Shown: positions 47,870 to 59,324, counted from the first letter of the stretch. The stretch is 64,000 nucleotides of DNA from a virus (IMGVR_UViG_3300036833_000307:1-64000), one strand, 5' to 3'. Notes: generated by a model from the sequence alone, not told the origin. Translations and numbers: made by a program.

Positions 47870-49804
47870 ATGGCTAAACCAACGAAGTATCCACGCAGAC
47901 TGCGGCGAACCCTCGAGAAGGTCGCCGACGGCCGGCGGGAGCGGGAAGCCAAAGCGGCGGCGGAGGACGATGTTCCACCGCTGTTCCGATCGTTCTACCA
48001 GTCAGGATTTCTGACCCAGGTGCAGACGATCCATACCCGTTTCAACGACGCGGCAACGCAAGCGACAACCATCTATCAGTTGCATCCGTTGCCGGCGAAC
48101 CGGCGTATTTTCGTGCCGCCGCCGTGGATCCTAAAACCCAAAAGCGACGCGTCCTGAGAGGGGCGCGCTGCTTATCCCGCAGCTTCCTGCGGGGCAGTCG
48201 AGCCGACGCTGCTCAGTCGGCGAAAGGAAACCCCATGCGGAAAATCATGCGAATGATGCGCGACGCCTGGCGGGCTGGGCGGTTGCCCGAGCCATTCAAC
48301 GTACGCGCCTTTCGTACGGCCTGCCCAGGTCTCGCCGCCACGACCTACCCGACGTTCCTGGCGAAGCACGCTAAGGACAATCCGGGTGGTAACTCGACAC
48401 GGTTCAAGCGTGTTTCACGTGGCTGGTACCGTTTCTACGATCATGAATGATCGGGACCGCGCGCAGTGGGTCGACAACGACGAGGGCCTGTATCGCTGGT
48501 GGCGCCAACACCGCCAGAGCAAAGCCGCCTTCATTCGCGCTAACCGCGCCGAGATCGACGAGATCATCGGCAAGATCCAACGCGGCGAACATAAGCCGCA
48601 TTACCTAGCCTACCCGCCTACGCGCAAAGCGTAGGCGCCTTTCGCACGCAGCATGCGTTGCGGCAGAGAGCCGGTCTGCCAACCGGCGCAAGGAAACCCC
48701 ATATAATGGCCAGTCCATTCGACTATGACCTCGACCTCAACCTCGACGCAATGGCCGAGGAAGACCTCGAGGCCTGCGCGAACCATCTGACAACGATGGT
48801 CGATTATTGCTCGCACAAGCTCCTGGCAATGCGGCAACGCAAGATCGGTCGCATCCAGGATGCGCTCGACAACGAGCGCGCATGCGAGCTGATCTACCAG
48901 CGCATCCCCGCCAACTGGCGGTGGTGATCCGCGCAAAACCAACGCCTGCGCAACGCAGGCGTCTCTCGCTTGATTTCAAGCGGCAGAGAACCGGTCTGAT
49001 CACCGGCGAAAGAATAATGATGAGCAACGAACGCAGCGCCGAGGCGGAGGTCCGCAATCCGCTCCTCAGCCTGCCGGCGATGCAGAAAATTCGGGCACTT
49101 CCGGCGCCGGCGCGCCAGGCGCTCGCGGAACTCCTGGTGGAGCTCCACAGCGATGCCGAGCGTCGGGCGCAGGTCGCCTGGAACCGCAGCAAAGCACCGA
49201 TGGCGGCGTACTGGAAATCGGTCGCCGTCTATACGCTGCACATCCACCGGGCGCTGCGAAAATAGCGCCCGGCTTTCGTGCAACAGCCTGTTGCACGGCA
49301 GAGAGCCGGTCTGCTCACCGGCGAAAGACCCCATTCCATGACCAAACCCGACAAGTCGGCCACAGCGCGCGCGCTGGAGCGGTTTTTGCGGCATATGCTG
49401 GCCGGCAAACGGCCCGCCACGCTCAACGCCTGGCACAAGCTGGGTAATGAGTTGCAACTGGAGCCACTGCCACCAGCCGAGGAAGTCCTCGAGGTGCTGT
49501 CAGGCTTTTCACTGTCGCGCACCATGGCCGAAAAAACCGACTAATGCCGAACCTCGCGCTCTGCGGAGCCGAGGCTCCGGGCAATTCCGCCCGGGCAGAA
49601 GAGGCACGACAGATGAAGATCACCACCGATCTTTACACCGGGAAGCCGTTCCGCTGGAACACCACGGTTTTGCATCGGGCACCCGACGGCAAACTTACCA
49701 CCGTGCCCGCCCGCAGCACATCGCGTAGTAGTACCTGGCTGCATCCTTCACGGGTGCCGGCGGCACTGCTAGCCGAATTGAACCCGGACAAGACCAAACC
49801 CTGA
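47870..49804 (+). CDS. Cluster of small genes (47870-48157, 48235-48450, 48443-48634, 48706-48927, 49017-49265, 49338-49544, 49613-49804)
   Basis: Nearly all preceded by a repeated structured leader. Confidence 0.65.
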
Positions 49805-49877
49805 ACGTGCCGAACCTCGCGCCGGAAAGCGGCCGGGGTTCCGGGCAATCAAGCCCGGGCAGAAGAGGCACGATCAA

Positions 49878-50630
49878 ATGTCGAAATCTGTCGCTCCGCG
49901 TCAGCCTCTCGATGAGCTGGCGCGGGCGTTGAACTCGTTCGACCACCGCCACCGCATCGACGAGATCTTTTTCAACTGGCTGGAAATGAGCGCGATCGCG
50001 ATCTCCAACGCGGTCGACCGGGCTCAGTACGACAAACGCGAGGCCCGCTACATGGCCATCGTCGGCAACTATTCGCGCGACGAGGCGCAACTGCTGGCCG
50101 AGATGACGGGCATGCTCTGGCTCGCGATCGCCAGAGGCGGTGCCCCGCTCAGCGAGCTGATGACCAGGCTCGAGCTTGGCAGCAAGGCGATGAAGAGCCG
50201 GCTCGGCCAGTTCTACACGCCATTCAACGTTTCCTACATGATGGCGAAAATGCTGCTCCAGCCACGCGACCAACTGGTCGAAGAGATTAAGGCGAAGGGC
50301 TACGTCACCATGATGGAGCCCGCATGCGGTGCCGGCGGTATGGTGCTTGCGTTCGCACAGGCATTCGAGGAAGCCGGGTTCAACCCCCACACTCAACTGT
50401 ACGTTGCCGCGGTCGACATCGATCAGGCCGCAGTGCACATGACCTATCTGCAGATTGCGATGCTCAGCATTCCCGCTGTCGTCTTCCAAGGCGATAGTCT
50501 TCGCGTCAACACTTCGGCGCACTGGCTGACCCCGGAATATGTTTCCGGCCGCTGGAACCTCCGCCTCAACGGCGAGACACCCAAGCCGGTTCCCGGGATT
50601 GCCCGCTGGAGCATCCGCCAGCAGATATGA
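49878..50630 (+). CDS. N6-adenine methyltransferase-like protein (SAM-binding part only)
   Basis: GQFYTP, EPACGAGGM, AVDID, QGDSL; no NPPY-type motif before the stop. Confidence 0.8.
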   Translation: MSKSVAPRQPLDELARALNSFDHRHRIDEIFFNWLEMSAIAISNAVDRAQYDKREARYMAIVGNYSRDEAQLLAEMTGMLWLAIARGGAPLSELMTRLELGSKAMKSRLGQFYTPFNVSYMMAKMLLQPRDQLVEEIKAKGYVTMMEPACGAGGMVLAFAQAFEEAGFNPHTQLYVAAVDIDQAAVHMTYLQIAMLSIPAVVFQGDSLRVNTSAHWLTPEYVSGRWNLRLNGETPKPVPGIARWSIRQQI

Positions 50631-51094
50631 CCAAACCCCCGAGGCTTCGCGCCTTGGGGGTTTTATTTTATTTTGCACTGTTGCGTGGGAGGGGTAAACC
50701 GGAGTAAGCTGGCTGATCCTGATAGGAAGTCGGCTGATGTCGTTCCTGTTGTCCCGCCCGGGTTATCCCCCAGCTTATTCGTCCTGGCCCATCGCCGCGA
50801 AAACCCGTCACACCAATATAGACTACGGGAGCACGGAGGTTGGCTATGCCCGAACCACGACGGCGGTCGGGGCGGATGACCATTCGCGAGGCGACGGTCG
50901 AGGTCGCGACTATGTTGCTCGGCACCGCCATCGGGTTGGTTATCGTCCTCGGCTTGGCTTACTGGTTAGGTCGCCACTTTCTCGTGGCCTTCCTGGGCGC
51001 CGTATCCGGACACTACTAGTCCGGGTACGGTGTTCCATCGTTTATGTGGTCTATGAAAATGTTTTGAGTTTAGTGGAAGATCGGCTAAGCTGTA

Positions 51095-51215
51095 GGCGCG
51101 GCTCGTCTAAGCCCGACATGGCAGGCTCGGCAAGACAAGGCACGGCGGGGCTCGGCATGGCCGGGCTTGGCAGGCGCGGCCTATGGACCCGGAGGAAACC
51201 TGCCTCCTCCGGGTC
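51095..51215 (+). ncRNA. Stand-alone GGC-NN mini-array (solo guide locus 5, 2 units)
   Basis: 5 + 9 pentamers separated by ggca, then a hairpin; TTGAGT(51064-69)-N16-TAAGCT(51086-91) promoter. Confidence 0.85.
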
Positions 51216-51253
51216 TTCGCTTGTACCCTTCGCTTCGATCGGAGGTTTGAGCA

Positions 51254-52057
51254 ATGAGTGAAGATCCAACATTGCCGAGGTTCTTCCCGCCGGAGGGTGC
51301 GCCGAAGGTCATCCAAGCCATTGTCGAAGTCATGCGGAACATCCCGGCGGTTCCCAAAAGTGGCCGCAATCTGGAGCAAAAATATAACTACGTCGAAGCA
51401 ACCGTCCTGACCGCAAAAATCCAGGATGCGATGATCAAGGCCGGCCTCGTTCTGGTGCCACGCGAGCTTTCGCGTTCAGTACAATCCGGTATTCTGTTTA
51501 TTCGTTTTGCCTTTGATGCGCACAGTGGCGATCAGTCGATTTTTGCCATCGGAAATTTTACCGGAGCATGTCGTTTCCAGTTTCAGCGTAGTGGCGCGTT
51601 TGACGACAAAGCGGCAAATAAATGCCTCACGACCGCGCTTAAACAATTCGAAATCGCATTGTTTAAAATCCCGGCTGATGTTGCCGATATAGAACGGGAT
51701 GAAGAGGTGCGCGAACCTTCGGGACGCGGCGACGGCCGAGACAACCCGCCCGATGAACCGCCGGATGACCGGCCGCCGCCGCACGACACCGCACCAGATG
51801 ACCAGCCACCCAGCGATGATGGCCCGCCGGACGACGAGCCTGTCGGCGATGCCGAACCGGGCGACGAAGCTCCAGTCGACTTCCAGACCCGGGTGCGCGA
51901 ATTCGCCCAGCGGCTGAAGACGGCGCAGAACCAACGCGAAGCCGACGCGCTGTGGAGCGACGAAGCGGTCATGCTACGACAGTGCAATGACACCACGTAT
52001 CGCTGGCTGGCCGATGCCTACGAAGGCCGCTGGAATATCCGTCCCCCGAAAGTATGA
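51254..52057 (+). CDS. ERF-family single-strand annealing protein
   Basis: VPKSGRNLEQKYNY...DDKAANKCLTTALKQF...LFKIP. Confidence 0.8.
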   Translation: MSEDPTLPRFFPPEGAPKVIQAIVEVMRNIPAVPKSGRNLEQKYNYVEATVLTAKIQDAMIKAGLVLVPRELSRSVQSGILFIRFAFDAHSGDQSIFAIGNFTGACRFQFQRSGAFDDKAANKCLTTALKQFEIALFKIPADVADIERDEEVREPSGRGDGRDNPPDEPPDDRPPPHDTAPDDQPPSDDGPPDDEPVGDAEPGDEAPVDFQTRVREFAQRLKTAQNQREADALWSDEAVMLRQCNDTTYRWLADAYEGRWNIRPPKV

Positions 52058-52072
52058 GGAGAGGAACAAGCT

Positions 52073-52672
52073 ATGGCTGGGCTGAACAAGGTCCAATTGA
52101 TCGGCAACCTGGGCGCTGATCCCGAAATGCGCACCACCCAGAATGGCGACAAGGTCGTCAACTTGCGAGTTGCCACTTCAGAGACCTGGAAAGATCGGCA
52201 AGGCGAGCGCCAGGAACGCACCACCTGGCACCAGGTGGTGATCTGGAACGAGAACCTTGGCGACGTCGCTGACAAGTATCTGCGCAAAGGTTCCAAGGTC
52301 TATCTCGAGGGCTCGCTGCAAACCCGCAAATGGACCGACAAGGACGGCCAGGACCGCTACACGACCGAGGTCGTGCTGCAGCGCTTCCGCGGCGAACTGG
52401 TGATGCTGGACAGCCGCCGTGACGACGATCGCGACGACGATCGCGGCGGCCGGGACCGCGGCGGCAGCCGTGAGCGCGACCGTGGCGACAGCCGGGACCG
52501 TGGCCGCGATGACCGTGGTGGCGGGCGTGACGATCGCCGGGACAGCTCCCCGGCACGTGGCGATACCAACGGCAGCGGCCGTAGCCGCGAGGGGCCGCTC
52601 GGGGGTGGCTATCGGCCGGGTGGCCGAGGCACCCAGAGCGCGCCCGACCTGGACGATGAAATACCGTTCTAA
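52073..52672 (+). CDS. ssb: Single-stranded DNA-binding protein
   Basis: [15 protein letters not shown]...[19 protein letters not shown]...DLDDEIPF. Confidence 0.97.
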   Translation: MAGLNKVQLIGNLGADPEMRTTQNGDKVVNLRVATSETWKDRQGERQERTTWHQVVIWNENLGDVADKYLRKGSKVYLEGSLQTRKWTDKDGQDRYTTEVVLQRFRGELVMLDSRRDDDRDDDRGGRDRGGSRERDRGDSRDRGRDDRGGGRDDRRDSSPARGDTNGSGRSREGPLGGGYRPGGRGTQSAPDLDDEIPF

Positions 52673-52696
52673 TCTCCCTGCCGCAACAACATAGCC

Positions 52697-53167
52697 ATGA
52701 TCCTCATTCCTTGTCAAGAATGCGGGCTAAGGAAACGGAGGGTCGAGTTCCCCCCGCGCATCGGGAGGTACAAGCGGCGATGCAGAGCATGCATCGCTCG
52801 CTTGATGGGGCGGCTGGGCCCGGATGGCTATAGGCGACTGTTCGAGGATGAGCGCCTGCACGATCCACATCGCGTCGCTATGCGAGACGCCTATCGCAAG
52901 ACGGCTAACGGCCAAGAGCGGCTGACTGCCGGCAAGATCGCTTGGATCGCGCGCAACCCTGAGAAGCGCCAGTGCCACGTCATCTTCGGCAATGCGCTGC
53001 GTGACGGCAAGATCGAGCGCCAGCCCTGCCAACGCTGTAGCAACCCGAGATCCCATGCCCACCACAAGGACTACTCCAAGCCGCTGAAGGTCCGCTGGTT
53101 GTGCGCGGCGTGTCACAGCGCTTTGCACAAGCGTGAACGAAGGAGAATTGCCAATGCCGATCAGTAA
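52697..53167 (+). CDS. HNH-like zinc-finger endonuclease
   Basis: QPCQRC...HAHHKDYSKPLKVRWLCAACHSALH. Confidence 0.8.
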   Translation: MILIPCQECGLRKRRVEFPPRIGRYKRRCRACIARLMGRLGPDGYRRLFEDERLHDPHRVAMRDAYRKTANGQERLTAGKIAWIARNPEKRQCHVIFGNALRDGKIERQPCQRCSNPRSHAHHKDYSKPLKVRWLCAACHSALHKRERRRIANADQ

Positions 53168-55235
53168 CGCCGAACGGCTGGCCCAGGCGGTGCTGCTGTT
53201 CCATCGCGGCGGCCCGTGGACGGCCTTAGACAGCGGCCACTGGCTGGCGCTGACCGGCAAGGTGGACTGCACCACCAAGGTGCTCTGCGACCTTGCCCGC
53301 CGCATCCTCGAGACCGCCGAGCGTGAGGTAGTGATCCAGCTACCGTTGGAGCCATTGAGCGATGCGGACATCCGGCAGGCCGCGCTAGGCCCCCTGGAAT
53401 GGAAGCAGCGCTGATGCCGCGCTGGTCTGAGGTCGTCACCATCACCCTGCCGGACGGCACACAGGCTCAAGCCATCGTCTGTGGCAGCGGCAAGCGTCCG
53501 CGTACGCCGCGCTGCCGCTGCGGCCGGACGTCGAGCATCCAGTGCGACTTTCCGCTGCTGGATGGCAAGACCTGCGACCAACACCTGTGTCGCTCCTGCG
53601 CCGTCCCGGTCGGGCGCAACCGCGACTACTGCCCCGAGCATCCACGGTGAGTACCACCCGCCGCACCCCTCGTTACGAGGACGTCCAGCCGGTCAAGGAC
53701 CTCGTCACCAACGAGGAGATGTACGAGGCGATGGTCTACATGGACCAGAGCCCGCACGACTATGCCGAGGCGGTCGCTGACGCTGAGTACGCCGCGTACA
53801 AAATCCGCATGGCCGAGGCAGTCGGCATCCTCGTGTCGGGCGAACGGAACGCCGCCCGCCAACAAGCTGATGCCCGCACCTCGCAAGCCTATGCCAACGC
53901 CGTTGAGGACAACCGCCGCGCGCAGATGCAAGCCGAGATGATGAAAGCCAGGCGCGCCGCTGCACAGTTGAAAATCGAGGTATGGCGAACCCTTCGCGCC
54001 GACCAACGCGCCCGGGATGTGTCCGAACCAGGAAGTAGATGATGACGCGTGCGAAAAGGGCTCTCCAGCCTAAGCCGAAGAGCCCCGTGCCGCGTCCGGC
54101 GTTGCCACGTCCTGCCAAGCCTCGTCTCGCCGCAGCATGTCATGCCTGGCCGTGTGTGGCATAGGCACATCACGATATGCCACATTTTTTATCCTTGGCA
54201 ACGGTTCGCTGATGCCCTGCCGCGACTGTAATCACTGGAACCGGGTTCCGGTCTGCGCTGCCCTCGAGCGCTTTACCCCCGGCTGGTGTGAAGTCCAGCA
54301 CCGTGCGGTATTCCCGCACTATCACTGCCCCAGGTGGGTACAACGCGAGGTCACCCACGCCGAGGTCGGCCTCACCCGCGACGAAGTCGCCTGGGCGCGC
54401 CAGCATCGTGACGACCCATCGGTTCGCGCCCTCAACTTCCTGTTCCGCCGCATCCAGTTCCAGCCGCAGAACCCCGCGATCCGCGCGGAATTCACCACGA
54501 CGCTGGAAATCTGGCGCAGCAAGCGACGTATCGCATTCGGTCAACCGGAGGAAATGCCATGAGCGGGACCGGCTTCCCCGAAGGTTTCGCTATCGTTCAT
54601 GCCGGACAACTCTACCGACCGATTGGCACCCGGGAATTCGTCAACACCAAGGGTCAGCGGGTGATGTGCATCGACTGGCGTTCGGTCTGTCCGGAGTGCG
54701 GTGAGGCTTTCACCCTCACCACCGGCCGGCGCTGGCAGCGCCCGCACGCACGCCGTTGTCCGGGTTGTCGAGCGCCGGGCCAAGCGGTGCAAGATGCTCG
54801 TATCGGGCAGCGATAGACCCTATATAATAAGCCGCAACGATCTGCCTCCCGGCCCGAGCATCGGTGACCGGCAGTGAACCCGGCTGCTCCCGGGGGAAAG
54901 GCATATCAATGTCAGAACCAGTATCCCGCATCCAGATCCTCGCTCCTGAGCGGCTGGATGCCTTCTTCGCACACTATCATTCCGGCGCGGACTACGGGCT
55001 GTTTCGCCAGGGTCTCGCCCGGCTGCTGGAGCTCTGCTCCCGCTATTGCTCAAATCTTCCTGCTGGCGCGTACCGCGTCGCCAGCCTCATGCCTGACCAC
55101 CGCGATTTCCAATCAATCGACTGGTGCATTCAGGAAAATCCGGAGCCATCCGGATTCCACGGCAAGCACATCATCAATGGTGGCTTAAACCACCACAGCG
55201 ATGTTTCCACTCCAACGTGGAGCATCAACACTTAG
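53154..55235 (+). CDS. Small hypothetical genes (53154-53414, 53414-53650, 53647-54042, 54212-54562, 54559-54816, 54909-55235)
   Basis: Coupled ORFs, several Cys-rich. Confidence 0.6.
54058..54151 (-). ncRNA. Stand-alone GGC-NN mini-array (solo guide 6)
   Basis: 13 pentamers on the minus strand then hairpin + T4; TTGCCA(54196-201)-N18-TATCGT(54172-77). Confidence 0.8.
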
Positions 55236-55244
55236 AAGGGAGGA

Positions 55245-55895
55245 ATGGCGATGCCAGCCCATAAGAACTATCGCGTCAATCGCGATGCGTTCAAACCTCC
55301 CCTGTCAGCAGCGGCTGAATATTGGCTTGGCTTTCTGTTGGCAGATGGGAATATCGACCAAGGCGGCTACTGGCTACAGATTTTGCTGAGAGCAGGTGAC
55401 AGAGATCACTTGCAAAAATTCCGCACGTTTATGAAAGCCGAGACGCCAATCTATGACAGATTTATCAACGGTTATTCGCTCGTGCAGCTACGAATTGGAT
55501 CAGTCAAAATCTGCCAGGATCTGATCGCCCTGGGTGTCGTTCCAAGAAAATCCCTCAAGCAGCGAGCCGCTGACTGCGTCAAGCATAGTTGGCACTTCTG
55601 GCGAGGGATAATCGACGGCAATGGTTATGTCTCGATGGATCGGTTGCAACTCAGCGGGGGCAAAACTCTGCTGAGGCAATGGATCCAGTTCTCTCGGCAT
55701 AGAAACTCAACGCCAAAACTCCGGCAAAGCCGAAGCCATGCTTCTGAGGTTTTCTATGCCACCTGTTACGGCAGGACAATGCGTAGATTGCTTCACCACC
55801 TCTACAGCAAAGCCTCAGTGGCAATGCGTTTGGAGCGCAAGTTCCAGATAGCGGTGGCGACCTTAAGCAGGTTTCCGCAGGAGGATCACACATGA
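55245..55895 (+). CDS. Free-standing LAGLIDADG homing-endonuclease-like protein
   Basis: YWLGFLLADGNI and HFWRGIIDGNGYV motifs; lower GC than flanks. Confidence 0.85.
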   Translation: MAMPAHKNYRVNRDAFKPPLSAAAEYWLGFLLADGNIDQGGYWLQILLRAGDRDHLQKFRTFMKAETPIYDRFINGYSLVQLRIGSVKICQDLIALGVVPRKSLKQRAADCVKHSWHFWRGIIDGNGYVSMDRLQLSGGKTLLRQWIQFSRHRNSTPKLRQSRSHASEVFYATCYGRTMRRLLHHLYSKASVAMRLERKFQIAVATLSRFPQEDHT

Positions 55896-56761
55896 CCAAC
55901 ATCGACTGGAGCGATCCAGTCGATCGCCTGCGCTTGGTCGAAAAGCTTGGCGCAGCTCAATACAACGAAGCCTACCGACGCTGGCTCGCCTCGATCGTCG
56001 TCGCGACGGTCAACGGGCGCAACATCCATCCCGTCCAAACGAAATACGGTCGCCTCTATGCGGTGTCGAACACCGGCAAGGCGTTCGCCACCCAACAGGA
56101 GGCCGAAAACTACGCTGCTCAACTACCCAACCAGGAGAACGACAATGTCTGACGACGACAACGCCTATCGTGTCATTACGCTCAGCAACCGCGCTCCGGT
56201 ACGGATTGTGCACGCGGACTGGCCGGTCATCGCCCGTGGCGACTTCAGCCACTTCGTTGGCGAAACCGCCGATGAGGCAAGCCGGTCATGGCGGACCCGC
56301 ATTCGCGTGCGCCAGCATGCGGACGGACGGACCATCGCCTACGGTGTGTATAACTATCAGACCCAGTTCCAGCGCGAACAGGATCAGACCTGTCAGGCTG
56401 GCCTGTTGGTAACCGACGAGGATCTGGTTGCGGCCATTCAGACGGTTGTTGGGCTGCTGACGGCGCGGATCACCGATCGAGAAGAACACCCGAACGTCGA
56501 GGCGGCAGGTGATGCCGCCATCGCCGATTTGCCGCCGGAGGACCTGACATGAGTGACGCCCAACTTGTCGCTCATGCGCTGCACTTGCTGAAGACCAAGC
56601 CGCACTATGTCGCGGACGCCCGCCAGGGCGCTCGTCTCGGCAATTCGATTATCGGCAGCATCATGAACCTGACGCTGAAGTCTCCGCGCCAGATGACCGA
56701 GGCCGCCGTGGTCGAAGCGCTGCAGCTCCTCGACGCCGAAAAGCGGAGGCAACAGCCATGA
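55892..56761 (+). CDS. Three hypothetical genes (55892-56152, 56145-56552, 56549-56761)
   Basis: Coupled, with strong RBS. Confidence 0.6.
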
Positions 56762-56894
56762 GAAAACCCAACCGGGCGAATGACGCGTTTCCCAACCTCA
56801 GTCCAGGCGAACGTGAGTTCATCCTGACCGGCGTAACGCCGCAGGAATGGCAACAGCTGGTGGTTGGTCCGCCCGATGATGAGGAGGGCGATCC

Positions 56895-57281
56895 ATGCTG
56901 AAACCTGCCGCACTCCTCAATGGATTGAGCCAGTTCTGCGGGACCGAGAAATGGACCCGTCACGCACTGGCCCGCAACGTCGTCATGACCGATGGCATCC
57001 TTTATTTGCGTGAAAACGCGGACTGCTACTGGCTGATCGACGCAATCGCTTCGCACATCGCGACGAACGCTACCTTGCAGAAGGTGCCATACCAGCACTG
57101 GATGCTCTGGTGCTTTGGTGAAGAAGCCAACAGCGCCGTACTTTCTGCCAGCGGCTCAGGTGATCCGATTGTTACACAGAAGTTCGAGGTCACCAATTTC
57201 CCGCTGCCGGAGATCAGGCTGCTAGCGGTGTGGGACGAGGGCATGCGCGCCTTCGTCCTGATGCTGCCAAGCGAATACTGA
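56895..57281 (+). CDS. DUF6876-like protein
   Basis: LSQFCGTEKWTRH...TDGILYL...CYWLIDAIAS...LMLPSEY. Confidence 0.75.
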   Translation: MLKPAALLNGLSQFCGTEKWTRHALARNVVMTDGILYLRENADCYWLIDAIASHIATNATLQKVPYQHWMLWCFGEEANSAVLSASGSGDPIVTQKFEVTNFPLPEIRLLAVWDEGMRAFVLMLPSEY

Positions 57282-57293
57282 GGAGGACGGGCG

Positions 57294-58111
57294 ATGAATG
57301 ACCGTCCGCCTGCAGGCATCGGGCACAACCGCCCGCCCGCTCAATCGCGCTTGGCCAAGCTGCCGCTGGACGCCGAAGCCGTGCAGCGCCTCATCGAGGA
57401 GCTGCACCGGCTCAGGGCGGCCGCGATCACCGAATGCCAGGGACACATCCGCGACTATGTGCAGGTGTCGCCCTGGCGGTTCTCGCCGTCGCGGTTGGAG
57501 AGGTGGCCAACCGGCCGGCAGACCCTGGCGACCATCCTGGACCTCACCTGGCCCCAAGCGATCGCCAAGCGATTGCCGCAGATCGCACGAGTGGAGCGCA
57601 AGCTCGCCCGCCTCTGTGCGGACTGGCCGGGCCTCTCCGAGGCCCAGCTCACCGAAGCGCCGTGCGGTGAATTTTTCAGCACAGCGGTCGGCGATACGTG
57701 GTCGGTAAGATCGTTATTGACGGGAAAGGAGGCGCCGTTATGCCGCAGGCCAAAGTGATCTTTTTCGCGCTCGCCGGCGGCCTCGTGGTCGGGACGCTGG
57801 TGGATCACTGGATCGCCTTCACCCTGGCCGCTGCCGCCCTCGCGGCCGGCTTTATCCTCGAATACCGGGAGGACTGAACCATGGACCAAATCCACGAAAT
57901 GGATGAACTGCTCGCTTATCTCGATGAGATGACCAAGCGAGCCAAATCAGCCGCTCCCTTCGGGGTTAAGGCGAATGTCGAAAGCATCTGCGCGCACATG
58001 TGGCAGCGGTTTACCCCGCACGCGTTGAGCTTTTGGACGCCGGCAGGAGTGTTGCAGCACATCGCTACTTGTCTGTCGCCACCCGAACCCGAAGCGGATG
58101 AGGAGGACTGA
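57294..58111 (+). CDS. Hypothetical genes (57294-57758, 57881-58111)
   Basis: GAGGAG / GGAGG RBS; GIGHNRPP motif. Confidence 0.55.
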
Positions 58112-58114
58112 GCC

Positions 58115-58333
58115 ATGGCCGGACTTCGCAAATGGGAAAGAGGCGACAGTCCCTGGTCGGACGCAACTGTGGTTCACCTGCGCCAGCTGTGGGGCACCGA
58201 CCTTTCCGCCACCAAGATCGGTCGCAAGCTCGGCGTGTCGAAGAGCGCCGTCATCAGCAAGGCGCATCGGCTCGATCTGCCGGCGCGGCGGTCGCCGATC
58301 AAACGCCAAAGCAAGGGGAGCATAGACGCATGA
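58115..58333 (+). CDS. gcrA: GcrA-like cell-cycle regulator (N-terminal HTH only)
   Basis: WSDATVVHLRQLWGTDLSATKIGRKLGVSKSAVISKAHRLDLPARRSPI. Confidence 0.8.
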   Translation: MAGLRKWERGDSPWSDATVVHLRQLWGTDLSATKIGRKLGVSKSAVISKAHRLDLPARRSPIKRQSKGSIDA

Positions 58334-59324
58334 GCACCGTCATTATCACCATCGACACCGAAAACGACGTCTTCGCTGGCAACCCAGCCGGAGAAGTCGC
58401 GCGGATCCTTGAGGAGCTCGTCGTCACGCTACGCGACGGCCATCCACGGATGGGCACGACAGCGTTGCGCGACATCAACGGCAACCGTGTCGGCTCGATG
58501 AAGATCGTCCAGGGAGAGACTAATGATGGTTGCTGATCAAAAACGCAGCAATGTCCGCCAGCGACTGCAACGGATGGACTTCCATCCCTGGCATCGCTGC
58601 TACGGGCTCGACGTGTGGCGTAACCACATTCGCGAATGGTGGTTCTCGGTCAACGGTCAGATCGTCTCGAAGGAACATGGCATCGATGCCGCCGTCGCCT
58701 TCGTGATGGCCAATGGCTGGGAGGATCAACCATGACCGGCTATGTCACTGTCATGAGCCCGTGCATTGGGTGCGGGCGCGTTTTCTCCTACAACCCGCAT
58801 CGGGTGCCATCGTCATCGGCGCTGACCGGCGAACGAGAGCCGATCTGCCGCCCGTGCGTGGATCGCCTCAACGTCATACGCAAGGCGAAGGGCCTGGAGC
58901 CCATCGTCCCCGCAGCGGATGCTTACGAGGCGATCGAGGAGAGCGAGCTATGAACGCGCTATTCCCCGATTGCCGCCAGCCCGACGACTGCGAGTGCCGC
59001 AAGCGCGGCTACGAGCATGAGGCGGACAGCTGCCGGATCCCGCTGGTTAAGCGAGCCATCGAGACGCTGTTTTTCAGCGACGACGATCTGTTGGAATGGA
59101 GTGACGACATGCTGATGCAGTTCGTCGCCGCTGCCATTCTGGTCGCCGAAGGCACGGTGCCACCGCTGCCCGAACAGGGCGAAGGCCTCCGCCTGGTCCC
59201 CTGGGCGATCGCGCATGTCTCGCCCCAGGTGTTCGCCGCTGCCGTCAAACGCGCCGAAGCGATGCCGCCCAGCGAACGCGGGCAGCATCTGCGCAAGGCG
59301 ATCGATGGCGCCACCGATGCATGA
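58330..59324 (+). CDS. Four small hypothetical genes (58330-58536, 58523-58735, 58732-58953, 58950-59324)
   Basis: Translationally coupled chain. Confidence 0.6.
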
